From Sphaerotilus sp. (GTDB lineage Bacteria; Pseudomonadota; Gammaproteobacteria; Burkholderiales; Burkholderiaceae_C), in the NCBI RefSeq assembly GCF_013299175.1, contig NZ_JAAFKF010000002.1:5248-69247 (forward strand): a stretch of 64,000 nt of DNA, given 5' to 3'. Of the stretch, positions 39,857 through 49,473 are shown one piece after another. The translations under genes and the position numbers were made by a program. Below the pieces are notes generated by a model. The model did no database searches. It saw only the letters and a program-made list of their open reading frames with translations, and had not been told where the DNA came from. Every line of letters begins with the position of its first letter. Within the stretch, counting starts at the first letter, position 1.

Positions 39857-40846
39857 ATGAGTTTCCTCGCCGTCCTGTTGGCTTTGATCGTCGAACAACT
39901 GCGGCCCCTGCCGCAGGGCAATCCCGTCCATGAAGCCCTGATCGACTGGGCACGCTGGACCGCGCGCAACTTCGACGCCGGCCGCGAGCACCACGCCTGG
40001 GTGGTCTGGGCCGTCACGGTCTTCACGCCGGCCTTGCTGGCCTGGGGCGCCTTCGCGCTGCTGCACCAGCAAAGTCTGCTGCTGGCACTCGGCTTCAACC
40101 TGCTGATCCTCTACCTGACGCTCGGTTTCCGCCAGTTCAGCCACTACTTCACCGACATCCGCGACGCGCTGGAGCAGGGTGACGAGGACCGCGCCCGCCG
40201 CGTGCTGCAGGAGTGGCGCCACCTCGACGCCAGCGAACTGCCGCGCACCGAGCTGCTGCGCCACGTCATCGAGCACGCACTGCTGGCCGCCCACCGGCAT
40301 GTGTTCGGCGTGTTCTTCTGGTTCGTGCTGGGGTCGGCGCTGGGGCTGGGGCCGGTGGGGGCGGTGGTCTACCGGATGTCCGAGTTCTGCGCCCGCTACT
40401 GGGCCTTCAAGATCCGCGCCCAGACGGCACCCGTCAACGGTGCCCTGATGCTGCGCTCGCAGGCGGCGTTTTCGGTGCTCGACCATGTGCCGGCGCGGCT
40501 GACGGCGGCGGGCTTCGCGGTGGTCGGCAATTTCGAGGAGGCGGTGGACTGCTGGCGGCAGTGCGCGGGCCTGTGGAAGCAGTCGAACGACGGCATCCTG
40601 CTGTCCGCGGCGGCCGGTGCCTGCGGTGTCTCGCTGGGTGGGGCCGATGCGCCGACGCTGGGGTCCGGTGCGGCGGGCTACGCCGTGGCCTTGCCCGGCG
40701 AGTTGCCCGTGGATGGCCAGGGCAGCACCCCCGGCGCGCCGCCCGCCCTGTCCCACCTGCGCACGGTCGTGGGGCTGGTGTGGCGCTCGATGGTGCTGTG
40801 GATGATGTTGCTGGCGCTGCTGTCGCTGGCGAACCGGTTGGGTTGA
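39857..40846 (+). CDS. CobD/CbiB/AmpE family membrane protein
   Basis: LGFRQFSH, VFGVFFWF, LDHVPARLTA, FAVVGNFE. Confidence 0.8.
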   Translation: MSFLAVLLALIVEQLRPLPQGNPVHEALIDWARWTARNFDAGREHHAWVVWAVTVFTPALLAWGAFALLHQQSLLLALGFNLLILYLTLGFRQFSHYFTDIRDALEQGDEDRARRVLQEWRHLDASELPRTELLRHVIEHALLAAHRHVFGVFFWFVLGSALGLGPVGAVVYRMSEFCARYWAFKIRAQTAPVNGALMLRSQAAFSVLDHVPARLTAAGFAVVGNFEEAVDCWRQCAGLWKQSNDGILLSAAAGACGVSLGGADAPTLGSGAAGYAVALPGELPVDGQGSTPGAPPALSHLRTVVGLVWRSMVLWMMLLALLSLANRLG

Positions 40847-41467
40847 TCAGCCCTTCAGGGTCTGCAGCGTCAACCCGCCCGCCAGCCCGATCATCATCAC
40901 CGCCACTCCGGCGTCGAAGACGCGCCAGGTGTGCGGCCGGCGAAACAGCGGCGCCAGCCGGCCCGCCATCCACGCCAGCCCCGTGAACCACAGCAGGCTC
41001 GCCGTCATCGCCCCAGCCGCGAAGCTCCAGCGAGCGTCCCCTTGCGCATTGGCCAGCGAACCCAGCAGCACCGTGGTGTCGAGCCACGCATGGGGATTGA
41101 GCCAACTGAACGCCGCCGCCTGCACCAGCGCGGCCGACAACGCCAGCGGCGTGCCTCCTTGCGCGTCGAGTCCTGGCCCCGCAGGGTGCCACGCCCGCCG
41201 CGCCGCCCGCAGGCCGTAGACCGACAGGAACAGGATGCCCGCCACCGTCAGCAGCGCAATCGCCAGCGGAAAGCGCGTGGACACCGCCCCGATGCCCGCG
41301 GTGCCCAGTGCGATCAGCGCCGCATCCGACAAGGCGCACACGGCGACCACCGCCGCCACATGCTCGCGCCGAATGCCCTGGCGCAGGACAAACGCGTTCT
41401 GGGCGCCGATGGCCATGATCAGACCGGCGCTGGCGGCCATGCCGAGGAAGTAGGTGGACGTGTTCAT
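40847..41467 (-). CDS. LysE/ArgO amino acid exporter
   Basis: IMAIGAQNAFVLRQG, SWLNPHAWLDT. Confidence 0.92.
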   Translation of the reverse strand: MNTSTYFLGMAASAGLIMAIGAQNAFVLRQGIRREHVAAVVAVCALSDAALIALGTAGIGAVSTRFPLAIALLTVAGILFLSVYGLRAARRAWHPAGPGLDAQGGTPLALSAALVQAAAFSWLNPHAWLDTTVLLGSLANAQGDARWSFAAGAMTASLLWFTGLAWMAGRLAPLFRRPHTWRVFDAGVAVMMIGLAGGLTLQTLKG

Positions 41468-41497
41468 GCCGTGCAGCGTAGGGGGCGCTCGGTGTGC

Positions 41498-41535
41498 AGT
41501 ACAGCTAAACTTCCTAATCATGATTAAGCTGTACT
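41498..41535. promoter_or_regulatory. LysR (ArgP/LysG-type) operator in divergent promoter
   Basis: AGTACAGCT...AGCTGTACT inverted repeat enclosing palindrome TAATCATGATTA. Confidence 0.55.
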
Positions 41536-41542
41536 TCACCCC

Positions 41543-42448
41543 ATGATCGACCTCGTCGCGCTGCGTGCGCTGTCCACCGTGCTGCGGCTGGGCAGCTTCG
41601 AGCGTGCGGCGCGGGAGCTGCACGTCACGCCGTCCGCGGTGTCGCAGCGGGTGAAGGCGCTGGAGGAGCGGCTGGGCTGCGTGCTGCTGGTCCGCTCGGC
41701 GCCCGTCACGGCCACGCCGGAAGGCGCGCGCCTGTACCGCCACTACCTGCAGATCGAGATGCTGGAAGCGGATCTGCAGAACGATTTGCAGCCGCTCGCC
41801 GAGGCAGGCACCCCTGGTAGCCGCTCGCGCAGCATCCCCGTGGCCGTCAACGCCGACAGTCTGGCGACCTGGTTCATCCCGGCGATGGTCGATTTCCACA
41901 CCCGCAGCGGTGACACGCTGGCGCTGCACGTCGATGACCAGGACCACACCCGCGAGTGGCTGAAAAACGGCACAGTGTTCGGGGCGGTCACGGCGGCGGC
42001 CGAGCCGGTGGGCGGCTGCCGGGTCGATGCGCTGGGGGTGATGCGCTACGTCGCGGCGGTCAGCCCGGCGTTTGCACAGCGGTATTTCTCGGGCGTGACG
42101 CTGGCGGAGGGTTTCCGGCGGGCGCCGATGCTGGTCTACAACCAGAAAGACCAGATGCAGCACCGCTTCCTGTCGCAGGTGATCGGCGAGGACTGCACGC
42201 CGCCGCAGTGGTGGGTGCCGTCGGCGCAGGGGTTTCTGGACGCGGCCATCGCCGGGCTGGGCTGGGGGCTGCACCCGGTGCCGCTGGCCGCCGCGGCGTT
42301 GAAGGCGGGCACGCTGGCGGACCTGTGTCCGGGGCACAGCATTTCGGTGGCGCTGTATTGGCAGAGCTGGCGGCTGGACTCGGCCAGTGTGCGCACGCTG
42401 CGGGACTGCGTCTGGCGGGCGGCGTCGGCGGTGCTGGAGCCGGCCTGA
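41543..42448 (+). CDS. ArgP/LysG-type LysR regulator
   Basis: GSFERAARELHVTPSAVSQRVKALEE, AVNADSLATWF, VDDQDHT, LYWQSW; divergent from LysE. Confidence 0.9.
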   Translation: MIDLVALRALSTVLRLGSFERAARELHVTPSAVSQRVKALEERLGCVLLVRSAPVTATPEGARLYRHYLQIEMLEADLQNDLQPLAEAGTPGSRSRSIPVAVNADSLATWFIPAMVDFHTRSGDTLALHVDDQDHTREWLKNGTVFGAVTAAAEPVGGCRVDALGVMRYVAAVSPAFAQRYFSGVTLAEGFRRAPMLVYNQKDQMQHRFLSQVIGEDCTPPQWWVPSAQGFLDAAIAGLGWGLHPVPLAAAALKAGTLADLCPGHSISVALYWQSWRLDSASVRTLRDCVWRAASAVLEPA

Positions 42449-42450
42449 CT

Positions 42451-43386
42451 TCACGCCGCATCGATCAGGCTTTCCACCCCGTGCCGAGAGCGCCCCATTT
42501 CATGTCGCAGCCAGTCCAGGAACAGCATGCGCCGCGTGTCGCCCCTGAACGGGGTCGGTGACAGCAAGACGTATTCAGAACCATCCGGCAGGAAGCCGAA
42601 CGGCGCGACCAGACGTTCATCGCGCAGATCCTCTTCCACCATGTAAGCCGACCCGATCGTCATGCCCAGGCCCGCCCCCGCCGCCTGCAAGCTCAGATAA
42701 AAATGCTCGAAATGCTCTGATCCGGCCGCCTCTGGACTGTGACCACCCACGTCAAACCACCGCTGCCATGCGCTTGGTCGTGTGCGCGAGTGCAGCAACT
42801 TGTGTTTGCGGGACGCTGGCAGGTCGGACGCCATGGCCAATGCCACGCTGGGTGTGCAGACCGGCCCCGTCAATTCGGGTGCCACAGGTTCGGCATGGCA
42901 GTGCGTGCCCCAGTTGAAATCGTTGCGCCGCAAGGCGAGGTCCACCCGGTCGCGGGCGAAGTCCACCGGTCCCCCGGCCGTCAGCAGGTGGATCTGGTGT
43001 TGCGGAAAGCGTTCACGGAACGCTGGCAACCGGGGGATCAGCCAGCGCATGGCGATGGTTGGCTCGCACGACAAGACCAAGGGCAATTCCACGGTGGGCG
43101 CCTTCACCTGACGCAGGGCTTCCGTCAGCCGCTCCATGGCTTGCGTACACGCTTCCAGCAGGATCTTTCCCCGAGGGGTCAGGAAGACGGCCCGGTTGCG
43201 CCGATCGAAGAGATCCACTCCCAGCGACTCTTCCAACTGCTTGATCTGGCGGCTGACCGCCCCGTGTGTCACATGCAACTCGTCCGCCGCCCGCACGAAG
43301 CTCTCGTGACGGGCCGCCGCCTCGAACACGCGTAAGCTGTTCATCGGCGGGATGCGGCTGTCGAAAGGTGATTTTTTCTCACTCAT
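42451..43386 (-). CDS. LysR family regulator (GcvA-like)
   Basis: PPMNSLRVFEAAARHESFVRAADELHVTHGAVSRQI, WLIPRL, FEHFYLSLQAA. Confidence 0.92.
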   Translation of the reverse strand: MSEKKSPFDSRIPPMNSLRVFEAAARHESFVRAADELHVTHGAVSRQIKQLEESLGVDLFDRRNRAVFLTPRGKILLEACTQAMERLTEALRQVKAPTVELPLVLSCEPTIAMRWLIPRLPAFRERFPQHQIHLLTAGGPVDFARDRVDLALRRNDFNWGTHCHAEPVAPELTGPVCTPSVALAMASDLPASRKHKLLHSRTRPSAWQRWFDVGGHSPEAAGSEHFEHFYLSLQAAGAGLGMTIGSAYMVEEDLRDERLVAPFGFLPDGSEYVLLSPTPFRGDTRRMLFLDWLRHEMGRSRHGVESLIDAA

Positions 43387-43490
43387 GGGCGTGAGTATAA
43401 ATCGATTATCAATTTCAAATTCGTCATGGAGAATATTGACTTGACTTGGTCTTCACCCGGACCAGTTACCACCAAAATATACCCGATGCC

Positions 43491-44096
43491 ATGATCGAAC
43501 TTGCTGCCGTAGCGACCATTACTATTTTGGCTGTCATCAGTCCGGGTGCAGATTTTGCGATGGTGACACGCAACAGCCTTATTCATGGCCGGTCGGCCGG
43601 ACTGCTGGCTTCGCTGGGCATTGCGCTCGGCGTTCAGTTGCATGTGCTGTACACCATGCTGGGTGTCGGTCTTGTGCTTCAGAATTCCCCGGGGCTTTTT
43701 TCGACTGTCAAATTGCTTGGTGCCGTCTATCTGGTCTACGTAGGCTACAAGACCTTTTTTACCCCTCTGCCGTCGAGCAGCAGCGCGACACCACTCAAGA
43801 AGCTTGGTGCGTTCGACGCATTGCGCACAGGTTTTTTCACCAATGCACTGAACCCTAAAACCACCCTTTTTGTAGTCAGTGTCTATACGCAAATCATTCA
43901 ACCAGAAACATCCATTGCCGTGCAAGTGGGGTATGGATTATTCATGTCACTGGCGCACTGGATATGGTTCAGCCTTGTGACGGTGTTTTTTTCGGAGGAG
44001 CACCTGCGTTCAAAGATGGTGCATCACCAGCGCGTACTGAATCGCATGATCGGCATCATTCTGGCAGGGCTTGGTTTCTGGCTTGCGTTGACATGA
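43491..44096 (+). CDS. LysE/RhtB family translocator (low GC)
   Basis: ISPGADFAMV, LLGAVYLVYVG, GFFTNALNPK. Confidence 0.9.
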   Translation: MIELAAVATITILAVISPGADFAMVTRNSLIHGRSAGLLASLGIALGVQLHVLYTMLGVGLVLQNSPGLFSTVKLLGAVYLVYVGYKTFFTPLPSSSSATPLKKLGAFDALRTGFFTNALNPKTTLFVVSVYTQIIQPETSIAVQVGYGLFMSLAHWIWFSLVTVFFSEEHLRSKMVHHQRVLNRMIGIILAGLGFWLALT

Positions 44097-44114
44097 ATTG
44101 CAGGTGGCGCTGAT

Positions 44115-45029
44115 TCAGTAATGCGTGCGCCCCAGCTCGTCCCGCACTTCCAGGTAGATCCGATGCCGCGACGGCGCGATGTCCCCGCGCCCCAGCGCCG
44201 CCAGCACCGCGCAGCCCGGCTCGTGGTCGTGGCTGCAGTTGGCGAAGCGGCACTGGCCGAGGTAGCGCGACAGGTCAGGCATCCACGCGGCGAGGTCTTC
44301 CACCGGGATGTGGCGCAGGCCGAACTCCTGGAAGCCCGGCGAGTCGATCAGCGCGCCTTTGTGCGCATCGTCGAGCCAGTACCAGCGCGTGTGCGTCGTC
44401 GTGTGGCGGCCGGAGTTCAGCGCCACCGAGATTTCCCGCACGGGTGCCGCCGCGTCCAGCCCGAGCAGGTTCACCAGCGTGCTCTTGCCGGTGCCGGACG
44501 GGCCGAGCACCAGCGTCGAGCCTGTCGCCAGCAGGTCGGTCAGGCGGGCGCGGGTCTCGTCCGGCTGCGCCTTGATGGCCACCTCGATCACGTCGTAGCC
44601 CATCTTCACGTAAGGGGCCAGCCGATCGCGGGCGAGTTGCGCCGACTCGATCAGGTCGATCTTGTTCAGGAGGATGCTGACCTTGATCCGCGCCTGTTCC
44701 GCCGCGACCAGCGCACGGGCGAGCTGGCTCTCGCTGAACACCGGCTCGGCGGCGACGAGGATCAGCAGCCGGTCCAGGTTGGCGGCAAACGACTTGGTTT
44801 TCCACTCGTCCTGGCGGTAGAGCAGGTTGTCGCGTGGCTCCAGCGACTCGATCACGCCCTCGTTGCCCAGCGTGTCGGTGGGCTGCCAGCGCACGCGGTC
44901 GCCGACGACGCACTGGCTTTTCTTGCCGCGGGTGCTGCACTTGATCTCGCGGCCCTCCGGTGTCTCGACGATGTAGTGGCGGCCGTGGCCGGCGATGACG
45001 AGGCCGATGTCGAGTTCAGGTGTGGGCAT
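44115..45029 (-). CDS. rsgA: Ribosome small subunit-dependent GTPase
   Basis: VVGDRV, ANLD, LNKID, GPSGTGKSTL, GRHTTT, IDSPG, CRFANC.H..EPGC. Confidence 0.96.
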   Translation of the reverse strand: MPTPELDIGLVIAGHGRHYIVETPEGREIKCSTRGKKSQCVVGDRVRWQPTDTLGNEGVIESLEPRDNLLYRQDEWKTKSFAANLDRLLILVAAEPVFSESQLARALVAAEQARIKVSILLNKIDLIESAQLARDRLAPYVKMGYDVIEVAIKAQPDETRARLTDLLATGSTLVLGPSGTGKSTLVNLLGLDAAAPVREISVALNSGRHTTTHTRWYWLDDAHKGALIDSPGFQEFGLRHIPVEDLAAWMPDLSRYLGQCRFANCSHDHEPGCAVLAALGRGDIAPSRHRIYLEVRDELGRTHY

Positions 45030-46284
45030 GGAGGGCGGCAAGGCGTTCGGACGCGGGGGGGTGGGAGTAGTGGAAACGCACGTACAGCGGATCGGGCGTC
45101 AGCGTGCTGGCGTTGTCCTCGAACAGCTTGAGCAGTGCGGAGGTCAGGTCGGCGGCGCGGGCCTGCACGCTGGCGTAGGCATCGGCCTCGAACTCGTGGC
45201 GGCGCGACGTGGCGGCCATGAGCGGCGTGACGAAGAAGCTGAACACCGGCCCGGCCAGCGTCAGCAGCAGCAGCGCGAGGCCATGGTTCGGCGCCATCAG
45301 GTTCGGCTGCACCCCGAGTCCCGTGTAGAACGCCGGTTGGTTCATCAGCCAGCCCAGCAGCGCCAGCCCCGCCAGCCACACGCCCATCACCGTGGCCATG
45401 CGCTTGGGCACATGGCGGTGGTGGAAGTGGCCGAGTTCGTGGGCGAGCACGGCCTCGATCTCCTCGGGGGACAGCCGGGCCAGCAGCGTGTCGAAGAAGA
45501 CCACGCGCTTGCTGCTGCCGAAGCCGGTGAAGTAGGCGTTGGCGTGCGCCGACCGCTTGGAGCCGTCCATCACGTACAGCCCCTGCGCCTTGAAACCGCA
45601 GCGTTGCATCAGCGCCTGCACGCGGCCTTTCAGCGCCTCGTCGGCCAGCGGGTGGAACTTGTTGAACAGCGGCGCGATGACCGTCGGGTAGAGCACCTGC
45701 ATCAGCAGCGTGAACCCCGCCAGCACCGCGAACGCCCACAGCCACCACAGCGCCCCCGCCGCCGCCATCAGCCACAGCACCAGCGCCAGCAGCGGCACGC
45801 CGACCGCGACGCCCACGACCGTGCCGACCAGCGCATCCTTGAGCCACAGCGCCCAGGTCATGCGGTTGAAGCCGAACTGCTGCTCGATGCGGAAGGTGCG
45901 CCACAGGTCGAAGGGCAGGTCGATCACGCTGCCGATCAGGCTCACGACCATCAGCAAGGCGACTTGGTAGCCGAGTTCACCCCAGCGCGGCAACGCCCAG
46001 TCGCGCACGACGACGTTCACCGCGTCCAGCCCGCCCAGCAGCGTCCAGCCCAGCAGCATCACGCCGCCCCACGCGGTGGTGAGCAGCTCGAAACGCTGGC
46101 GGGCGATGGTGTAGTCGGCGGCTTTCTGGTGGGCCTCCAGCGACACCACATCGGCGAACGCTGGGGGCACGGCGGCGCGGTGCTGCGCGACATGGCGGAT
46201 CTGGCGGCTGATGAGCCACAGGCGGGTGCCGAGCATCGCCACGAGGGCGGCGGCAAAGGCGAACGTCACGGCGAGCGAATGCAT
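45016..46284 (-). CDS. M48 family (Ste24-like) zinc metallopeptidase
   Basis: [37 protein letters not shown]. Confidence 0.93.
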   Translation of the reverse strand: MHSLAVTFAFAAALVAMLGTRLWLISRQIRHVAQHRAAVPPAFADVVSLEAHQKAADYTIARQRFELLTTAWGGVMLLGWTLLGGLDAVNVVVRDWALPRWGELGYQVALLMVVSLIGSVIDLPFDLWRTFRIEQQFGFNRMTWALWLKDALVGTVVGVAVGVPLLALVLWLMAAAGALWWLWAFAVLAGFTLLMQVLYPTVIAPLFNKFHPLADEALKGRVQALMQRCGFKAQGLYVMDGSKRSAHANAYFTGFGSSKRVVFFDTLLARLSPEEIEAVLAHELGHFHHRHVPKRMATVMGVWLAGLALLGWLMNQPAFYTGLGVQPNLMAPNHGLALLLLTLAGPVFSFFVTPLMAATSRRHEFEADAYASVQARAADLTSALLKLFEDNASTLTPDPLYVRFHYSHPPASERLAALHAHT

Positions 46285-46340
46285 GCGCCGATTCTCGCCG
46301 ATGGCGCGTGGGAAAATCCCGGCTTCTCCTGGAGCCCCTG

Positions 46341-46925
46341 ATGACCGAGCCGACTGCCGCCGCTGCCCTTGCCCCCGTCCTTGCCCGCCACGACCAGAAC
46401 CTCGTCTGGGTGGACATGGAAATGACCGGACTCGACCCGGCGACCGACCGCATCATCGAGATCGCCGTCGTCGTCACCGACCCGCAACTCACCGTGCGCA
46501 TCGAAGGCCCGGTGATCGCCATCCACCAGTCCGACGCGGTGCTCAACGGCATGGACGCCTGGAACAAGGGCACGCACGGCAAGAGCGGCCTGATCGACCG
46601 CGTGAAAGCGTCCACCGTGACCGAGGACGAAGCGGCGCAGCAGGTGATCGCCTTCCTGAAGCAGCACGTCGGCGCCAAGCTCTCCCCGATGTGCGGCAAC
46701 ACCATCTGCCAGGACCGGCGCTTCATGGCGAACTACATGAAGAAGCTCGAAGCCTTCTTCCACTACCGCAACGTCGATGTCTCCACGCTGAAGGAGCTGG
46801 CGCGGCGCTGGCAGCCGGGGCTGGTCGAAGGCTTCAAGAAACACCAGAAGCACACGGCGCTGGCGGACATCCACGAGTCGATCGACGAGTTGCTGTACTA
46901 CCGGGCGCACATCCTCAAGGTGTGA
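46341..46925 (+). CDS. orn: Oligoribonuclease
   Basis: [37 protein letters not shown]. Confidence 0.97.
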   Translation: MTEPTAAAALAPVLARHDQNLVWVDMEMTGLDPATDRIIEIAVVVTDPQLTVRIEGPVIAIHQSDAVLNGMDAWNKGTHGKSGLIDRVKASTVTEDEAAQQVIAFLKQHVGAKLSPMCGNTICQDRRFMANYMKKLEAFFHYRNVDVSTLKELARRWQPGLVEGFKKHQKHTALADIHESIDELLYYRAHILKV

Positions 46926-46969
46926 GGTGTGAGGTGTGAGGTGCGCCGGTCGATGGCGTGCGCTGCTGG

Positions 46970-47872
46970 CTACTTGCGCGCCAGATAGACGCCCGCCATC
47001 GCGATCACCATCCCCCCCATCGCCACCGGGCTGAGCGCCTCGCCGAACAGCGCCCACGCCACCACCGCCGTGCAGGGCGGCACCATGTAGAACAGGCTGG
47101 CGACGTTCACCGCGCTGCCCGAGCGGATCAGCAGGTTCAGCAGCCCGACCGCCCCCAGCGACAGCACCAGCACCAGCCACCCCAGCGCGAAGACGAACGG
47201 TCCCGAGGACCAGTCGATGGCGCGGTCCTCGGTGGTCCAGGCGAGCACGCCGGTGACCAGCAGGCACGGCACGAACTGCGCCACCGCCCCGGTGCGGACA
47301 TCGAAGCGCGGGCAGAACCGCTTCTGGTAGAGCGTGCCGGCCGTGATGCCGAGCAGGGCGATCAGCGCCGCCGGCAGGCCGGGCAGGTGGGCGAGCTGGC
47401 CGAGCGTGTGCAGATCCAGCCCCGCGCCTGCCAGCCGCGACGACAGCACCAGCACCACGCCCACCAGCCCGAGCACCAGCCCCAGCCACTGCTTCGGCCG
47501 CACCGCTTCCCCGAGCACCCAGCCCGCGCCCACCGCCGTCAGCAGCGGCTGCAGCCCCACGACCAGACTCGACACGCCGGCAGGCAGCCCCTGCGAGATG
47601 CCGGTGAACACGCCACCGAGGTAGACCGCATGGACCAGCAGCCCGGCCACTGCGAGGTGTCCCCACGCGCGCATTCCCTGCGGCCAGGGGGCACGCACCC
47701 ACACCGCAGCCACCGCCATCAGCGCCACGACCAGCGCGTAACGTGCCGTCAGAAAGCCCAGTGGCGGCGCGTGGGGCAGGCCCAGCTTGGCGCCGATGAA
47801 GCCCGTGCTCCACAGCAGGACGAAGAGCAGCGGGGCGTGGCGGGTCCAGCCGGTGGTCGGGGGTGTGGTCAT
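46970..47872 (-). CDS. DMT/EamA family transporter
   Basis: FVLLWSTGFI, GLQPLLT, GTLYQKR, LFYMVP; about ten TM segments. Confidence 0.9.
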   Translation of the reverse strand: MTTPPTTGWTRHAPLLFVLLWSTGFIGAKLGLPHAPPLGFLTARYALVVALMAVAAVWVRAPWPQGMRAWGHLAVAGLLVHAVYLGGVFTGISQGLPAGVSSLVVGLQPLLTAVGAGWVLGEAVRPKQWLGLVLGLVGVVLVLSSRLAGAGLDLHTLGQLAHLPGLPAALIALLGITAGTLYQKRFCPRFDVRTGAVAQFVPCLLVTGVLAWTTEDRAIDWSSGPFVFALGWLVLVLSLGAVGLLNLLIRSGSAVNVASLFYMVPPCTAVVAWALFGEALSPVAMGGMVIAMAGVYLARK

Positions 47873-47930
47873 CGGAGCAGGGGATCGGGGCGCAGGCGCG
47901 GTGGACGCCAGTATCGCCGGATCGCCTGCG

Positions 47931-48863
47931 TCAGGGCGTTTCCAGCAGCCGCACCAGTTCGTCCCAGTACGGGGGTGGTCCGCCCCAGGTGTTTTCGTCG
48001 GCCTGCCACTGCCCGCCCGTGTTGGTCACGCTGAGCCAGGTGACATCGGCCTGGCGGGCGCGGGCCACGACGGACTGCAGTGCCGCCGCGGTCGTGGTGG
48101 TGTGGACCAGGTGCCACGGCTGCAGACCACGCTGGCGGGCCTGGCGCGTCACCTCGCCCAGCACGGTCTCGCGTTCGGCGTGGCTGGCGGCCGTGCCCTC
48201 GAAGACGACCACCGCTTCACCCGCTTGCAACCCGTCGAGCACGCAGGCGTCCGCGATGCCGGGGTTGAACGCCAGCCGCAGGGCCGGGCTGCCATCGCGG
48301 CGGTGTCGGGCCACGAGGGCGCGCAGCCGGGCGTATTCGGCGGCAAAGACGCTGCAGTCCCAGACGGTCGGGGCCATCTCGTCGAAGAACAGGCCGTCGA
48401 GCTGGGGCATCTGCGTCAGGTAGGTCGCCACTTGCGCCTCGATGCGTGCCCAGGTCTGGCACTGGCCGGTGAGGTCGCAGTCGTGGCGGAAGTAGCCGGT
48501 GGGCACGTAGCCGAGGTGGAACACGCCGCGCCCGCGCAGTTCGGCCGAGCGGAGCTGCCAGGTGGGCAGGGCGGCGATGGGGGTGTTCACCGTGCCGGCG
48601 GCGAGGATGCCCACGTCGGGGTTCAGCACCGCCAGACTGGCGGCGGGCAGCAGCCGGTAGGCATCGGCGCTGCTGCCCCAGTAGCTGATGGCCCCGAGTC
48701 CTGGCCGGAGAGCGGCCGTCTGTGCTGGGAGGGTGGTTGTCGCCGCAGCCACGGCCGTGTTGGTGGCGTCAGTGCCACCACAGCCGCACAGCAGCCAGGT
48801 GGTGGTCAAGAGCACGATGGCCTGCCGCCGCGCCGGCTGCAGGTGTCGCCAAGTGGTGTTCAT
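47931..48863 (-). CDS. Spherulation-specific family 4 (GH135-like) lipoprotein
   Basis: Lipobox LCG-C; VLNP..G, GYVPTGY, DGLFFDE, FNPG, VVFEG, WHLVH, PPYW. Confidence 0.75.
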   Translation of the reverse strand: MNTTWRHLQPARRQAIVLLTTTWLLCGCGGTDATNTAVAAATTTLPAQTAALRPGLGAISYWGSSADAYRLLPAASLAVLNPDVGILAAGTVNTPIAALPTWQLRSAELRGRGVFHLGYVPTGYFRHDCDLTGQCQTWARIEAQVATYLTQMPQLDGLFFDEMAPTVWDCSVFAAEYARLRALVARHRRDGSPALRLAFNPGIADACVLDGLQAGEAVVVFEGTAASHAERETVLGEVTRQARQRGLQPWHLVHTTTTAAALQSVVARARQADVTWLSVTNTGGQWQADENTWGGPPPYWDELVRLLETP

Positions 48864-48892
48864 CGTGCCAGCCCTCGGAAGGTGCAAGGAAA

Positions 48893-48917
48893 GTGATAGA
48901 AATGAAAAATCTATCGC
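48893..48917. promoter_or_regulatory. Inverted repeat, candidate operator for the GH135-like gene
   Basis: GTGATAGA-AATGAAAAA-TCTATCGC, 30-55 nt upstream of the ATG. Confidence 0.35.
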
Positions 48918-49005
48918 ATCCTAGCGACCGAGGCTGAGCGGTGGCTTGGCAATCGACGGGCAAAGCTTGTTGGCAGCTTTGCTACAGAGTGTCAGTGGAG
49001 GGGGG

Positions 49006-49473
49006 TCAGCGCGCGGCGGGCAGGTGCCGCGCCACCTTGTCGAGCAGCTCGATCAGCATGGCCCGCTCGGCCCGGCTCAGGCAGCCGTCGAGTTCCGCTT
49101 CCATCGCGGGCGTCTTCGCCGCGATGTCGTCGGCGAGCGTGCGGCCGGCGTCGGTCAGCAGGACGTGCTGCGAGCGGCGATCGACCTCGCTGCGCACCCG
49201 CTGCAGCAGCCCGCGCACCTGCATCCGGTCGAGCAGGATCGTGAGGTTCGGGGCGGACAGGGCCAGCGACTGGGCGAGCTGCTTGGGCGTGAGCTGCGCG
49301 TTGGCCAGCAGCAGCATCAGCAAGGAGTATTCGACCGGGCGCAGGTCAAGCGGCTGGCCGATGTGGGTGATGAACGTGACATGGGTGGTCACGCGCGCGC
49401 AGGCCAGGTGGTGGCCGACGACGTTGTCTAGCACGCCTTGTGCCTGCCCCTGCTTCTTGTTGCTGCTGCCCAT
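49006..49473 (-). CDS. MarR family regulator (CouR/HcaR-like)
   Basis: LRPVEYSLL, ILLDRMQVRGLLQRVRSEVDRRSQHVLLTDAG; TGATG overlap with the acyl-CoA dehydrogenase. Confidence 0.88.
   Translation of the reverse strand: MGSSNKKQGQAQGVLDNVVGHHLACARVTTHVTFITHIGQPLDLRPVEYSLLMLLLANAQLTPKQLAQSLALSAPNLTILLDRMQVRGLLQRVRSEVDRRSQHVLLTDAGRTLADDIAAKTPAMEAELDGCLSRAERAMLIELLDKVARHLPAAR

Noticed and set aside
39857-40846. CobD/CbiB-like gene as cobalamin biosynthesis locus
   Set aside because: No other cob genes nearby; equally consistent with an AmpE-like membrane protein.
46920-46940. GTGTGAG x3 at the orn stop
   Set aside because: Short slippage repeat at and after the stop codon with no effect on the protein.
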